From NCBI GenBank assembly GCA_017394835.1, contig JAFPXD010000007.1, positions 171,591 through 235,590 of the forward strand: DNA of 64,000 bases, given 5' to 3'. The DNA comes from Clostridia bacterium (GTDB lineage Bacteria; Bacillota; Clostridia; Christensenellales; CAG-138). Within the stretch, counting starts at the first letter, position 1; each line of letters opens with the position of its first letter. Both the position numbers and the translations under genes were made by a program. Shown here one piece after another: positions 46,267 to 56,457 of this stretch. The notes under the pieces were generated by a model that was given only the letters and a program-made list of their open reading frames with translations, was not told the DNA's origin and did no database searches.

Positions 46267-49215
46267 ATGGCAGAATCGGATCTTCGGGAAAACCCCTTCC
46301 GGGACGAGATCTATGATTACTTTCTCGCCCATGGCTATGTAGCCGGTCAGAAGGCAGACTATGACTATAAGCACGCTCTGGACGTCAGCAAGCTGTTTGC
46401 GTTCCTGGAAGCGACCCAGTCCAAAGAGCTTGCCAGGTTAAAGGAAACATACGGTTCCCGTTATCAGGAACGGTATGTGGAGCTGCTGTGCCAAAAAATC
46501 GAAAACCGCGGACTGCTGACTGCCCTTAATGAATGGGTTGAGGATTACGCAAGCGGGACGAAATTCAGCCTTGCCTTTTTCAAGTCAGGGCTGAGTGCAA
46601 TGTCCGAAGGACTTGAGCTTTATAAGAAAAACGTGTTCTCGATCCGAAAGGAGTTCAGCTTTGAGGACAAGGCCGATCCCTACCGGGTAGACCTTGCGAT
46701 GTTCTTGAACGGCATTCCCATTGTGATGATCGAGCTGAAAAAGCAGACAGCCGGGCAAAAGGCAGTCTTTGAGGGAACAAAGCAATTCCGGACGACGCGC
46801 AATCCGGACGAACTGATATTCTCCTTTAACCGCCGCACGCTGGCATACTTCACTTTGGATGAGTTTGCGGCATTTCTGACCACACGGCTGGACCGAAAGG
46901 AAACCAAGTTCCTGCCTTTCAACCGTGGATCAGACGATGAAGGTGCAGGCAATCCCGTTGTTCCGGGCAAGCACAGCACCTGCTATGTTTGGGAAGATAT
47001 CCTTCAGCGGGATATGCTGCTGCGCATCATTCGGGAGTTCATGTTTATCGACGATGAGGGGGCCATGATTTTCCCTCGCTTTCACCAACTTCGGGCAGTC
47101 CTGCGCTGTGAACAGGATGTGCAGAAAAACGGAGTCGGCGGACGCTACCTTATCTGGCACAGCGCCGGCAGCGGCAAGACGAAGACCATCGCTTGGCTGG
47201 CGAAGCGGATGATCAACCATCCGGAAATCAACACGGTCATCGTTATCAGCGACCGCACGGTCATTGACGGACAGTTAGGCGCTGAGCTGATGAACGTTGA
47301 TGGAAAAAAAGGCGTGGCGCAGCATATCGATACGACCTCTAAGGATCTGCTGAAAAAGCTGAATGACGGCGGCTATATTATCGTAACAACGCTGCAGAAA
47401 TTCAGACCGATCCTGAGTGAAATCAAACAGCACGAGGATCGCAATTACGCCATTATTATTGATGAAGCTCATTCCTCTACCGCAGGCAAGTCCATGTCCA
47501 AGGCGTCTGAAACCCTGACCGGCAAGTCTTTAAAGGAGGCGGTCGAACTGGATGATATATATGAAGATCTGGAAGATGGGCAGAATCAGCTGATTCGGGA
47601 CGGAGCGGCCATTCGCAGCACTCGCAACGTCAGCTACTTTGCCTTTACCGCTACGCCTAAGAAGGAGACCATGGAGCTCTTCGGTACGCGCACGGAAATA
47701 GGTAAGACGTATTTTGACAAATATTCCATGAAGCAGGCAATCGAGGAACGCTTTATTCTCAACCCGTTGCTCTGTTATACTTCGTATCGGGACTTCTATC
47801 GCGTTGAAAAGAAGAAGGAAGATGATAACGAATATGACAGTGCAAAAGCGCAGGCGGCGATCCTTAATTATGTGACGTCCTCTGATGAAGTGATCCAAAC
47901 GAAAACGGAGATCATGTTGAGCGATTTCATCGAGCGTCGCCAGACCTGGCTTGAGGGAAGATCGAAAGCCATGATTATTACGCCTTCCCGCAAACATGCC
48001 GTATGCTATAAATTAGCCATAGATGAGTATCTGAAAAAGCGTGGCTGTGGGTTCCGCTCTTGTGTTGCCTTTACCGGCACGATCGAGCTTGACGGCATCA
48101 AGTTCACTGAAGAGCAGATGAATAAGGATTATCTTGAACACGGTGTACCTTATGATATCAAATCGATCATTCATAAAAACGACGACTGCAGGATTATAAT
48201 CGTCGCCGACAAGCTGCAGACGGGCTTTGACGAAGATGCTCTTTGTGTCATGTATATTGACAAAAAGCTGAACAGCAGCGTAAAGGCTGTTCAGACAATA
48301 TCGCGTTTGAATCGTACAGCTCGCAACAAGCGCACCTTCGTAATGGATTTTATAAACGATCCTGATATGATCCGGGCTTTCTTTACACAGTATTACGGCG
48401 GTGAACTGTACCTTCCCACCGAGAACGAGACTGATCCGAACATCCTGTTTGCGAAACGGGATCATATTCTGGATTATTGTGTTGTAACGCTTTTAGATGC
48501 ACAGAAGATTTACAGCTTGATTTCTTCCAATGAAGAAAACGGTGGCGAATTGACATCGATGATTGCCAGCATTTCCCGCAATTACCGCGCTCTTGAGCCG
48601 GATCTCAGGAAAGCTTTTGCTCTGGAATTGGATAAATTTGGGAAGCTGTTCTACTATATCTCTGCTGTTTATAATGTATGGAATCGAGATATGGAGCAGT
48701 TGGCGGTTGTCTTTAGTGTCCTGTACAACGTACTTTATGAGAAAGAGGTTACACCTGATATTGATGCCTCCGAACTCGTTGAACTAGTCGAATACTCAAC
48801 CAAGCTGTCCCAGGAAGAATTCACGATTTTTCTATCTGCGGAAGATCAGGCATTTAACGGCATTTCAACGGATGTTACTGCTGCGGATAGAACTATGTCG
48901 GTGATCGATGAGATCATCGAAAAGTTTAATCTTCGCTATGCACACGCAGACGAGGAGATAGGCAATATAATAACTGAGCTTAGCAGTGATAAGGATCTAC
49001 AGTCTAACGTGCAGAATAGTAGTACTAGTGCGTATGAGGCTGCAGTGGCAGAACGCCTCTCGTCTCGTATTATGGATGGCTTATTCGACGGAACAGTTAA
49101 CGGAGAAACGGAGAAGGCAGAATTTTACACTGAATTGAGTGAGAACACCTCAGCACTGATTCAAATCCGCAATTCGATTATTCGAAAGATCAAGGATCTC
49201 TTGCTGGCGAGTTGA
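46267..49215 (+). CDS. hsdR: Type I restriction enzyme R subunit (locus 2)
   Basis: AAGGAGG RBS. It has Walker A WHSAGSGKTKT, the DEAH-type IIIDEAHSS and motif VI QTISRLNR. 982 aa. Confidence 0.9.
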   Translation: MAESDLRENPFRDEIYDYFLAHGYVAGQKADYDYKHALDVSKLFAFLEATQSKELARLKETYGSRYQERYVELLCQKIENRGLLTALNEWVEDYASGTKFSLAFFKSGLSAMSEGLELYKKNVFSIRKEFSFEDKADPYRVDLAMFLNGIPIVMIELKKQTAGQKAVFEGTKQFRTTRNPDELIFSFNRRTLAYFTLDEFAAFLTTRLDRKETKFLPFNRGSDDEGAGNPVVPGKHSTCYVWEDILQRDMLLRIIREFMFIDDEGAMIFPRFHQLRAVLRCEQDVQKNGVGGRYLIWHSAGSGKTKTIAWLAKRMINHPEINTVIVISDRTVIDGQLGAELMNVDGKKGVAQHIDTTSKDLLKKLNDGGYIIVTTLQKFRPILSEIKQHEDRNYAIIIDEAHSSTAGKSMSKASETLTGKSLKEAVELDDIYEDLEDGQNQLIRDGAAIRSTRNVSYFAFTATPKKETMELFGTRTEIGKTYFDKYSMKQAIEERFILNPLLCYTSYRDFYRVEKKKEDDNEYDSAKAQAAILNYVTSSDEVIQTKTEIMLSDFIERRQTWLEGRSKAMIITPSRKHAVCYKLAIDEYLKKRGCGFRSCVAFTGTIELDGIKFTEEQMNKDYLEHGVPYDIKSIIHKNDDCRIIIVADKLQTGFDEDALCVMYIDKKLNSSVKAVQTISRLNRTARNKRTFVMDFINDPDMIRAFFTQYYGGELYLPTENETDPNILFAKRDHILDYCVVTLLDAQKIYSLISSNEENGGELTSMIASISRNYRALEPDLRKAFALELDKFGKLFYYISAVYNVWNRDMEQLAVVFSVLYNVLYEKEVTPDIDASELVELVEYSTKLSQEEFTIFLSAEDQAFNGISTDVTAADRTMSVIDEIIEKFNLRYAHADEEIGNIITELSSDKDLQSNVQNSSTSAYEAAVAERLSSRIMDGLFDGTVNGETEKAEFYTELSENTSALIQIRNSIIRKIKDLLLAS

Positions 49216-49260
49216 ATATAGAATATTTGGACAAAAGTTTGGGAAAGACTATCATAATAC

Positions 49261-49291
49261 GAGGCTCGGAGTAACTCTCCGTGCCTCTTTT
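49261..49291 (+). terminator. Rho-independent terminator after hsdR (locus 2)
   Basis: The hairpin gaggcTcggag-taact-ctccgTgcctc (5+5 bp with one internal mismatch) is followed by TTTT. Confidence 0.6.
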
Positions 49292-49351
49292 CATAATCGT
49301 GACAGTTTTGTCAAGTTTGGACAGATCGGTACAAAACTTTTCAAAAAGGTA

Positions 49352-49405
49352 TTGACAGTGGATAGTGGGGCATGTATAATATGTATGCTAATGAAACATA
49401 TGTTT
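49352..49405 (+). promoter_or_regulatory. Consensus sigma-70 promoter plus Cheo/SOS-box-like palindrome upstream of the LexA-family gene
   Basis: TTGACA at 49352-49357, a 17-nt spacer, then TATAAT at 49375-49380. The perfect palindrome AAACATATGTTT lies at 49394-49405. Its core AACATATGTT equals the centre of the Bacillus-type box CGAACATATGTTCG. Confidence 0.7.
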
Positions 49406-49423
49406 TATTTAATCGGAGGTGGC

Positions 49424-50020
49424 ATGAGAAGCAAGGATAAGACGCTAATGGCCGCAATAGAGCGGTTCGTGTGCGAATACGCGGACAGGCACGGCTACTC
49501 CCCTTCGATGCAGGAGATCGCCGAAGGAGTGGGAAGCTCCAAGCCCACGGTGTATAGGTACATCAGCCAGATGAACCGTGACGGCATACTGGAGTATTCA
49601 GGTGTGAGGAACGTTCACTCCGCAAAGGATAACCCAAGCGCTGCGAGAGTCGGGATACCGGGACGTGTTGCGTGCGGTCTTCCGAGGTTGGCAGAGGAGA
49701 ATATAGAGGAGTACGTTAAGCTTCCTGTATCGTTATTCGGCGAAGGACCCTTCTATCTGCTTACCGCAAGCGGTGATAGTATGATCGAAGCCGGAATCGA
49801 CGACGGAGACTGGGTGCTCGTAAGGCAGCAGGATACCGCCGAACCCGGAAAAATCGTCGTCGCTCTCATTGGGGACGAAGCCACTCTCAAGCGCTACTAC
49901 CCCGAGCCGGAGAATCACCGGATCAGGCTCCACCCGGAGAACCGTACGATGGAGGATATTTACGTCGACTCCTGCGAGATACAGGGTGTCGCGGTAAGTG
50001 TATTCAAGGATCTGACATAA
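49424..50020 (+). CDS. LexA-family repressor (winged-helix + S24 self-cleaving peptidase)
   Basis: GGAGG precedes ATG 49424; the track start at 49352 lies inside the promoter. It has the LexA-type N-domain GYSPSMQEIAEGVGSSKPTVYRYISQMNRDGIL, the cleavage-site-like VACG, the catalytic Ser in SGDSM and the catalytic Lys in EATLKRY. Confidence 0.8.
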   Translation: MRSKDKTLMAAIERFVCEYADRHGYSPSMQEIAEGVGSSKPTVYRYISQMNRDGILEYSGVRNVHSAKDNPSAARVGIPGRVACGLPRLAEENIEEYVKLPVSLFGEGPFYLLTASGDSMIEAGIDDGDWVLVRQQDTAEPGKIVVALIGDEATLKRYYPEPENHRIRLHPENRTMEDIYVDSCEIQGVAVSVFKDLT

Positions 50021-50034
50021 GGAGGCAAGAAGAA

Positions 50035-50223
50035 TTGGAAGACGGCGTTAAGCTGTACGCCTGCTGCCCGAGATGCGGCAGGCAGATCTGTAAGGCAAAG
50101 ACATGTGACGGAATGGAACTGAGCTGCTCGAAATGCGGAGCGGACCTTCGTATTACGGTTGACGAGAACTGCCGCGTAGAGGTCGAGCTGCTCCGATACG
50201 AGCGGGAACGCAAACGGGCTTGA
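50035..50223 (+). CDS. Small zinc-ribbon protein (Mu Com-like)
   Basis: 62 aa with two CxxC pairs (CPRCGRQ..CSKCGAD). TTG start with GGAGG 9 nt upstream. Confidence 0.45.
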   Translation: MEDGVKLYACCPRCGRQICKAKTCDGMELSCSKCGADLRITVDENCRVEVELLRYERERKRA

Positions 50224-50689
50224 TTTAAAAAACAACTGAATACATACTCCGCTGTGCATTGAAGCGACGGACTCGGCATGAACCGTTAGGATCGTCGTGC
50301 ACGGGGAGGATCTGTTAAGGGATGGGACTTGGCTGTGAATCAAGAGGCTTCCGACAGATAGCTTATCCAAGGGATAGGTCTATCGTCGGGGGCTTTTGAT
50401 TTGTGAATCACATTTCGGGTATGGTGCCAAACACGCCGTTTTGGGCATCACAGGGCAGAACGGTGATGCCGCCGTGATGCCAAATTGATACCCGTGAATG
50501 GCTTTGCAAGCATCGCCTCTGTCATGACAAAGGCCGCATGCCTGCGGTGGACAATTGCCCGGATGTTATTGCCGGCAATTGTCCTTGCAAGCATGGGATT
50601 TGTGTCCCCAAATCCGCGCTTGCAAAGACTCCGCCCTTGGACCTCATGCCGCTCAGCGGGAAAAGAACGATAATAAACCGGAGGTATAA

Positions 50690-51010
50690 ATGAGAAACAG
50701 ACAGTATGAAACGCATTTGCGGCTGAACGAAAAAGAACAGAAAAAGCTTGACGAGCTCGCAAAGAAGGCCGGCGTCACCAAGTCGGCGGTGTTAAGAAAG
50801 CTTATCATGGGCACGGAGATCAAGGAGCGCCCGAACGTCGATTTCATCGACCTTATTCAATCGATCGACCATCTGGCAATAAACGTCAACCAGATAGCGC
50901 ATCATGCAAATATGCAGGGCGGTATCACCGTGGAGGAGGCTGCCGAGGCAAAACGATTGGTAACGGAGATACGCAGACGGCTGTATTCGAGGAGGGATAT
51001 TTTCGGCTGA
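50690..51010 (+). CDS. MobC-family mobilisation (relaxosome accessory) protein
   Basis: The ribbon-helix-helix-like RLNEKEQKKLDELAKKAGVTKSAVLRKLI and the conserved NVNQIAHHAN block fit the family. GGAGG RBS. Confidence 0.7.
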   Translation: MRNRQYETHLRLNEKEQKKLDELAKKAGVTKSAVLRKLIMGTEIKERPNVDFIDLIQSIDHLAINVNQIAHHANMQGGITVEEAAEAKRLVTEIRRRLYSRRDIFG

Positions 51011-51029
51011 GCATCGTCCCCATGAAGGA

Positions 51030-52409
51030 ATGAAGCATAATACGATAAGACAAGGAGACAGAACATTGAAATTTCCCGAAGCAACAAAAGATGAAAAACG
51101 AAGCATTCGTTTTACGCGGAACAAGCTCGTAAAGTGCAAGGACGAAAAACCCCTGAGCAGCATATCGAACTTCGTGACGGTCCTTGAAAACGATCCGAGG
51201 CTCGCTGGCGCTATTAGGCTCAATGAGATGAGCGGCAGGATACATATAATCAAACCGCTTGGCTGGAAAAGGGAGGAAAACGGCGCGATCACCGATACCG
51301 ATATAAACTGCATCCGCTTGCTCATAGAGCAGACCTATGGCCTCACAGGAGAAAAACCCGCAATATCGGCTATTGATATAGTCGCTAATGAGAACCGCTA
51401 TCATCCGATACGCGATCTGCTCTTTTCCTTCAAATGGGACGGCAAAGAACGCATACGGTACGTGCTTCATCACTTTCTAGGAGCCGAGGTAAACGATTTC
51501 AATTACGAGTGTATGAAGCTGTTCCTGCTCGGAGGTATAAGCAGGATAATGACGCCCGGTTGCAAGTTCGATTATATGCTCTGCCTGATCGGCGACCAGG
51601 GAGCGGGCAAATCGACCTTCTTTAGGAAGCTCGCCCTGCGCGACGAGTGGTTCACGGATGACATCAAGCGCCTTGATGATGAAAACGTCTATCGCCGACT
51701 GGAGGGGCATTTCATAATCGAAATGCCGGAGATGAGCGCCATAGCCAACACACGCACAATTGAAGAAACCAAGGCGTTCATCTCCCGGGCGAAGGATACA
51801 TACAAGGTCCCGTATGACCGTCTGCCTAAGGACCGTCCCCGCCAGTGCATATTCGGCGGCAGCGGGAACCGTGTGGCATTTCTTCCGCTCGACAGATCGG
51901 GAAACAGAAGGTTCCTTCCGATACTCATCGACATGTCAAAAGCCGAGGTGCATATCCTCGAGGATGAAGCCGAAAGCGAGCGTTACATTGAGCAGGTCTG
52001 GGCGGAAGCGGTCATGCTCTATTGCTTGGGCGAGCCGGTACTTAAGCTCTCCGAGGAGGATCAAAAGGAGCTTACGAAAATCCAACGTTATTTCATGCCC
52101 GAGGACGACCGTCTGGGTGTGATAGCCGGCTTCCTTGCCAAAACGAATGAATCGAGCGTATGCTCCCGTATGCTCTACAAAAAGGCGTTCGGCCGCGATG
52201 ACGAACCCAAGCATTGGGAGCTGCAGGAGATAACCGAGATCATGAACGCAGGTATCGCATCAAAGGAAATAGTCGGCTGGAAGAGATGTGATGACGTCAG
52301 GCACTTCCATGATTACGGCAAGCAGCGCTGCTGGGAGCGAGTTTCCGATAAAGAACCCGAATTCACCGAGATCCAATGTGAATTGCCCGAGGGTCTATTC
52401 GATGATTAA
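51030..52409 (+). CDS. VirE/VapE-family P-loop protein (primase-helicase-associated)
   Basis: It has Walker A LIGDQGAGKSTFF and a Walker-B region FIIEMPEM. The 459-aa architecture matches virulence-associated protein E family members on mobile elements. Confidence 0.75.
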   Translation: MKHNTIRQGDRTLKFPEATKDEKRSIRFTRNKLVKCKDEKPLSSISNFVTVLENDPRLAGAIRLNEMSGRIHIIKPLGWKREENGAITDTDINCIRLLIEQTYGLTGEKPAISAIDIVANENRYHPIRDLLFSFKWDGKERIRYVLHHFLGAEVNDFNYECMKLFLLGGISRIMTPGCKFDYMLCLIGDQGAGKSTFFRKLALRDEWFTDDIKRLDDENVYRRLEGHFIIEMPEMSAIANTRTIEETKAFISRAKDTYKVPYDRLPKDRPRQCIFGGSGNRVAFLPLDRSGNRRFLPILIDMSKAEVHILEDEAESERYIEQVWAEAVMLYCLGEPVLKLSEEDQKELTKIQRYFMPEDDRLGVIAGFLAKTNESSVCSRMLYKKAFGRDDEPKHWELQEITEIMNAGIASKEIVGWKRCDDVRHFHDYGKQRCWERVSDKEPEFTEIQCELPEGLFDD

Positions 52410-52507
52410 CCTTCCTCCCAGTAGGCAAAAAGGGTTGATCATATGGTAACAGTAACGGTAACAAGCACCAAAAAAGAAAAATATGGCGTGTAAAGAAATA
52501 GGGTTAT

Positions 52508-53401
52508 ATGGCCGTGTTTCCAGTTACCGTTACCGGCGGCACGGCGGAAAGGAATAAAAGATTGAAGGAAATAGGCATTACAGAATTAAAGCCCTTTGAG
52601 GGGCATCCGTATAAGGTCAGGGACGATAATGAAATGGACGCCCTTGTTGACAGCATCCGCGAACATGGGATAATGACTCCGCTTATCGTGCGGCGCGTTA
52701 ATGACGGATATGAGATCATTAGCGGGCACAGGCGCGCTCATGCTGCGGAGCTGGCGGGGCTTGCGACCGTTCCTGTTATTGAAATGGAGTTGAACCGTGA
52801 CGAGGCCGCGGTGATGCTCGTTGACAGCAATCTTCACCGGGAGCATATCCTTCCGAGTGAAAAGGCGTTTGCGTATAAGCTGAAATCGGAAGCCTTGGAG
52901 CATCAGGGCAAAAGCTTAACTTCGGGACAAGTTGTCCCGAAGTCGGACGGGAACAGGACGACGGCGGCTATCGGTGCGCAGACAGGCGAAAGCTACAAGA
53001 CCGTACAGCGCTATATCCGCCTGACGCATCTTCTCCCGGCTCTGCTAGAAATGGTCGATTCTGAGCGTATAGCGTTTTCGGTGGGCGTAGAGCTTTCATT
53101 CCTCGATCCCGAGCTTCAGGCCGCGCTCGTTACATCTATCGGGGTCAACGACTGCACGCCATCATATGCCCAGGCAAACCGTATGCACAAGGCTGCTGTT
53201 GCCGGAGAGCTCGACGAGGAAATGCTTTTTGCCATTATGGAGGAAGAAAAGCCCAACCAGCGGGAGAAAGTCAGCATATCGACCGACGAGCTCCGCCGTT
53301 ATCTTCCCAACGCCACGCCCTCCGAAATGCAGGCGTTCGTCCGTAAGGCTTGCGAACATTATTCCGCTTTCCTCAAAAAGAACCGCGAGGAGGTGCGATA
53401 A
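52508..53401 (+). CDS. ParB/Srx-domain protein
   Basis: The ParB N-terminal box is PLIVRRVNDGYEIISGHRRAHAA, followed by an HTH-like region. Confidence 0.8.
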   Translation: MAVFPVTVTGGTAERNKRLKEIGITELKPFEGHPYKVRDDNEMDALVDSIREHGIMTPLIVRRVNDGYEIISGHRRAHAAELAGLATVPVIEMELNRDEAAVMLVDSNLHREHILPSEKAFAYKLKSEALEHQGKSLTSGQVVPKSDGNRTTAAIGAQTGESYKTVQRYIRLTHLLPALLEMVDSERIAFSVGVELSFLDPELQAALVTSIGVNDCTPSYAQANRMHKAAVAGELDEEMLFAIMEEEKPNQREKVSISTDELRRYLPNATPSEMQAFVRKACEHYSAFLKKNREEVR

Positions 53402-53404
53402 ACA

Positions 53405-55352
<1,948 letters not shown>

Positions 55353-55373
55353 CCGATTTTGGACATAAGAAAA

Positions 55374-55409
55374 GCGAGTATTGACGTTAAATCCGTTGTC
55401 AATACTCGC
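55374..55409 (-). terminator. Rho-independent terminator of tRNA-Leu
   Basis: The perfect 12-bp stem gcgagtattgac / gtcaatactcgc has a 12-nt loop. It starts 2 nt after the tRNA CCA end and is followed by TTTTCTTA on the minus strand. Confidence 0.75.
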
Positions 55410-55411
55410 TA

Positions 55412-55494
55412 TGGTGCGGTCGATGGGACTTGAACCCATACGGTCTCCCATACGCCCCTCAAACGTACGCGTCTGCCTATTCCGCCACGACCGC
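55412..55494 (-). tRNA. tRNA-Leu (anticodon GAG), class II with long variable arm, CCA encoded
   Basis: The hand-folded minus-strand sequence is GCGGTCGTGGCGGAATAGGCAGACGCGTACGTTTGAGGGGCGTATGGGAGACCGTATGGGTTCAAGTCCCATCGACCGCACCA. It has a 7-bp acceptor stem, an anticodon stem TACGT/GCGTA with loop TTGAGGG, a T-arm ATGGG-TTCAAGT-CCCAT and an 11-nt variable arm. Confidence 0.9.
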
Positions 55495-55514
55495 AAAATT
55501 CGATTGCGAAAGGT

Positions 55515-55543
55515 ATTATATCGCGCCGCGGGGGAATTGTCAA
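55515..55543 (-). promoter_or_regulatory. Consensus sigma-70 promoter for tRNA-Leu
   Basis: The minus strand reads TTGACA (55543-55538), a 17-nt spacer, then TATAAT (55520-55515). The -10 ends 20 nt upstream of the mature tRNA 5' end. Confidence 0.75.
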
Positions 55544-55600
55544 CCCCGTTTTTTCAAAATCGCGGGTGAAAACCCGGTATATTTTCGCGGGCGCGGATGG

Positions 55601-56031
55601 GCGCGAACGGAGTTAGGCCGAAACGCAGTGCGGAAAAGCGGAGGAGCCCGAGCCTGCGCGAACGGAGTTCGGCCGAAACGCAGTGCGGAATGCGGAGGAG
55701 CCCGAGCCTGCGCGAACGGAATACAGCCGCAACGGAGTGCGGAAGGCGGAGGAGCCCGAGCCTGCGCGAACGGAGTTAGGCCGAAACGCAGTGCGGAAAA
55801 GCGGAGGAGCCCGAGCCTTCGCGAACAGAGTTAGGCCGAAACGCAGTGCGGAAAAGCGGAGGAGCCCGAGCCTTCGCGAACGGAGTTAGGCCGAAACGCA
55901 GTGCGGAAAAGCGGAGGAGCCCGAGCCTGCGCGAACGGAGTTAGGCCAAAACGGAGTGCGGAAAAGCGGGGTAGCCCGAGCCTGCGCGAACGGAATACAG
56001 CCGAAACGGAGTACGGAATGCGGAGAAGCCC
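55601..56031. repeat. Tandem repeat, ~7.9 copies of a 54/55-bp GC-rich unit
   Basis: Units start at 55601, 55656, 55710, 55764, 55819, 55874, 55929 and 55984 (the last truncated). The consensus is GCGCGAACGGAGTTAGGCCGAAACGCAGTGCGGAAAAGCGGAGGAGCCCGAGCCT. Units 3 and 8 share the GGAATACAGCC variant. Confidence 0.95.
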
Positions 56032-56428
56032 AAAATATATTTTCATGAAAAGCCGCTCGAAATGGCTGAAAAACCCGCAAAATGTGATAAGAACAACCAA
56101 AAACTACTCGGTGTAAAATGACGCAAAAACCCGCAAACAGGAGCATCGAAAAAAGCGGAAAGAAGGGGGAACGCCGGTTTTTACCCCTCGGAAATGTGAT
56201 AAAAACGACCAAAACAGACAGGGCGCATACTTCATTCGGCGATTTGCCGTCCGCCCCGAAAACCTCCGCTTTGCGGCCGTTTTTCCGCGCCCGCTCTTTC
56301 GGCCTCCCCCGAAGTCCTTCGGCTTGGCCTGCGCAAAACGCACTCAATACCGTCGATCGCAGACCGAAAGCTTCCGCAGCGGCGAGCGCGGAACGAAAAA
56401 ACGCATACAGCCCGCAAAAACAGTCGAT

Positions 56429-56457
56429 TTGCGCGTTTTCGGGTCGGCCTCTATAAT
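56429..56457 (+). promoter_or_regulatory. Promoter of the Spo0A-C-like gene
   Basis: TTGCGC at 56429-56434, a 17-nt spacer, then TATAAT at 56452-56457. GAAGGAGGG RBS lies before ATG 56487. Confidence 0.5.

Noticed and set aside
55601-56031. Possible CRISPR array, given the regular spacing of a GC-rich repeat
   Set aside because: The whole 54/55-bp unit repeats head-to-tail. There are no unique spacers between the repeats and no cas genes in the window, so this is a plain tandem repeat.
55430-56347. Track ORFs inside the tandem array and downstream (55430-55834, 55597-55779, 55683-55889, 55831-56100, 55886-56347 and others)
   Set aside because: They are low-complexity Arg/Ala/Ser/Pro translations of the repeat. 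The repeat period is not divisible by 3, so the peptide changes frame between units. They have no RBS and overlap on both strands.
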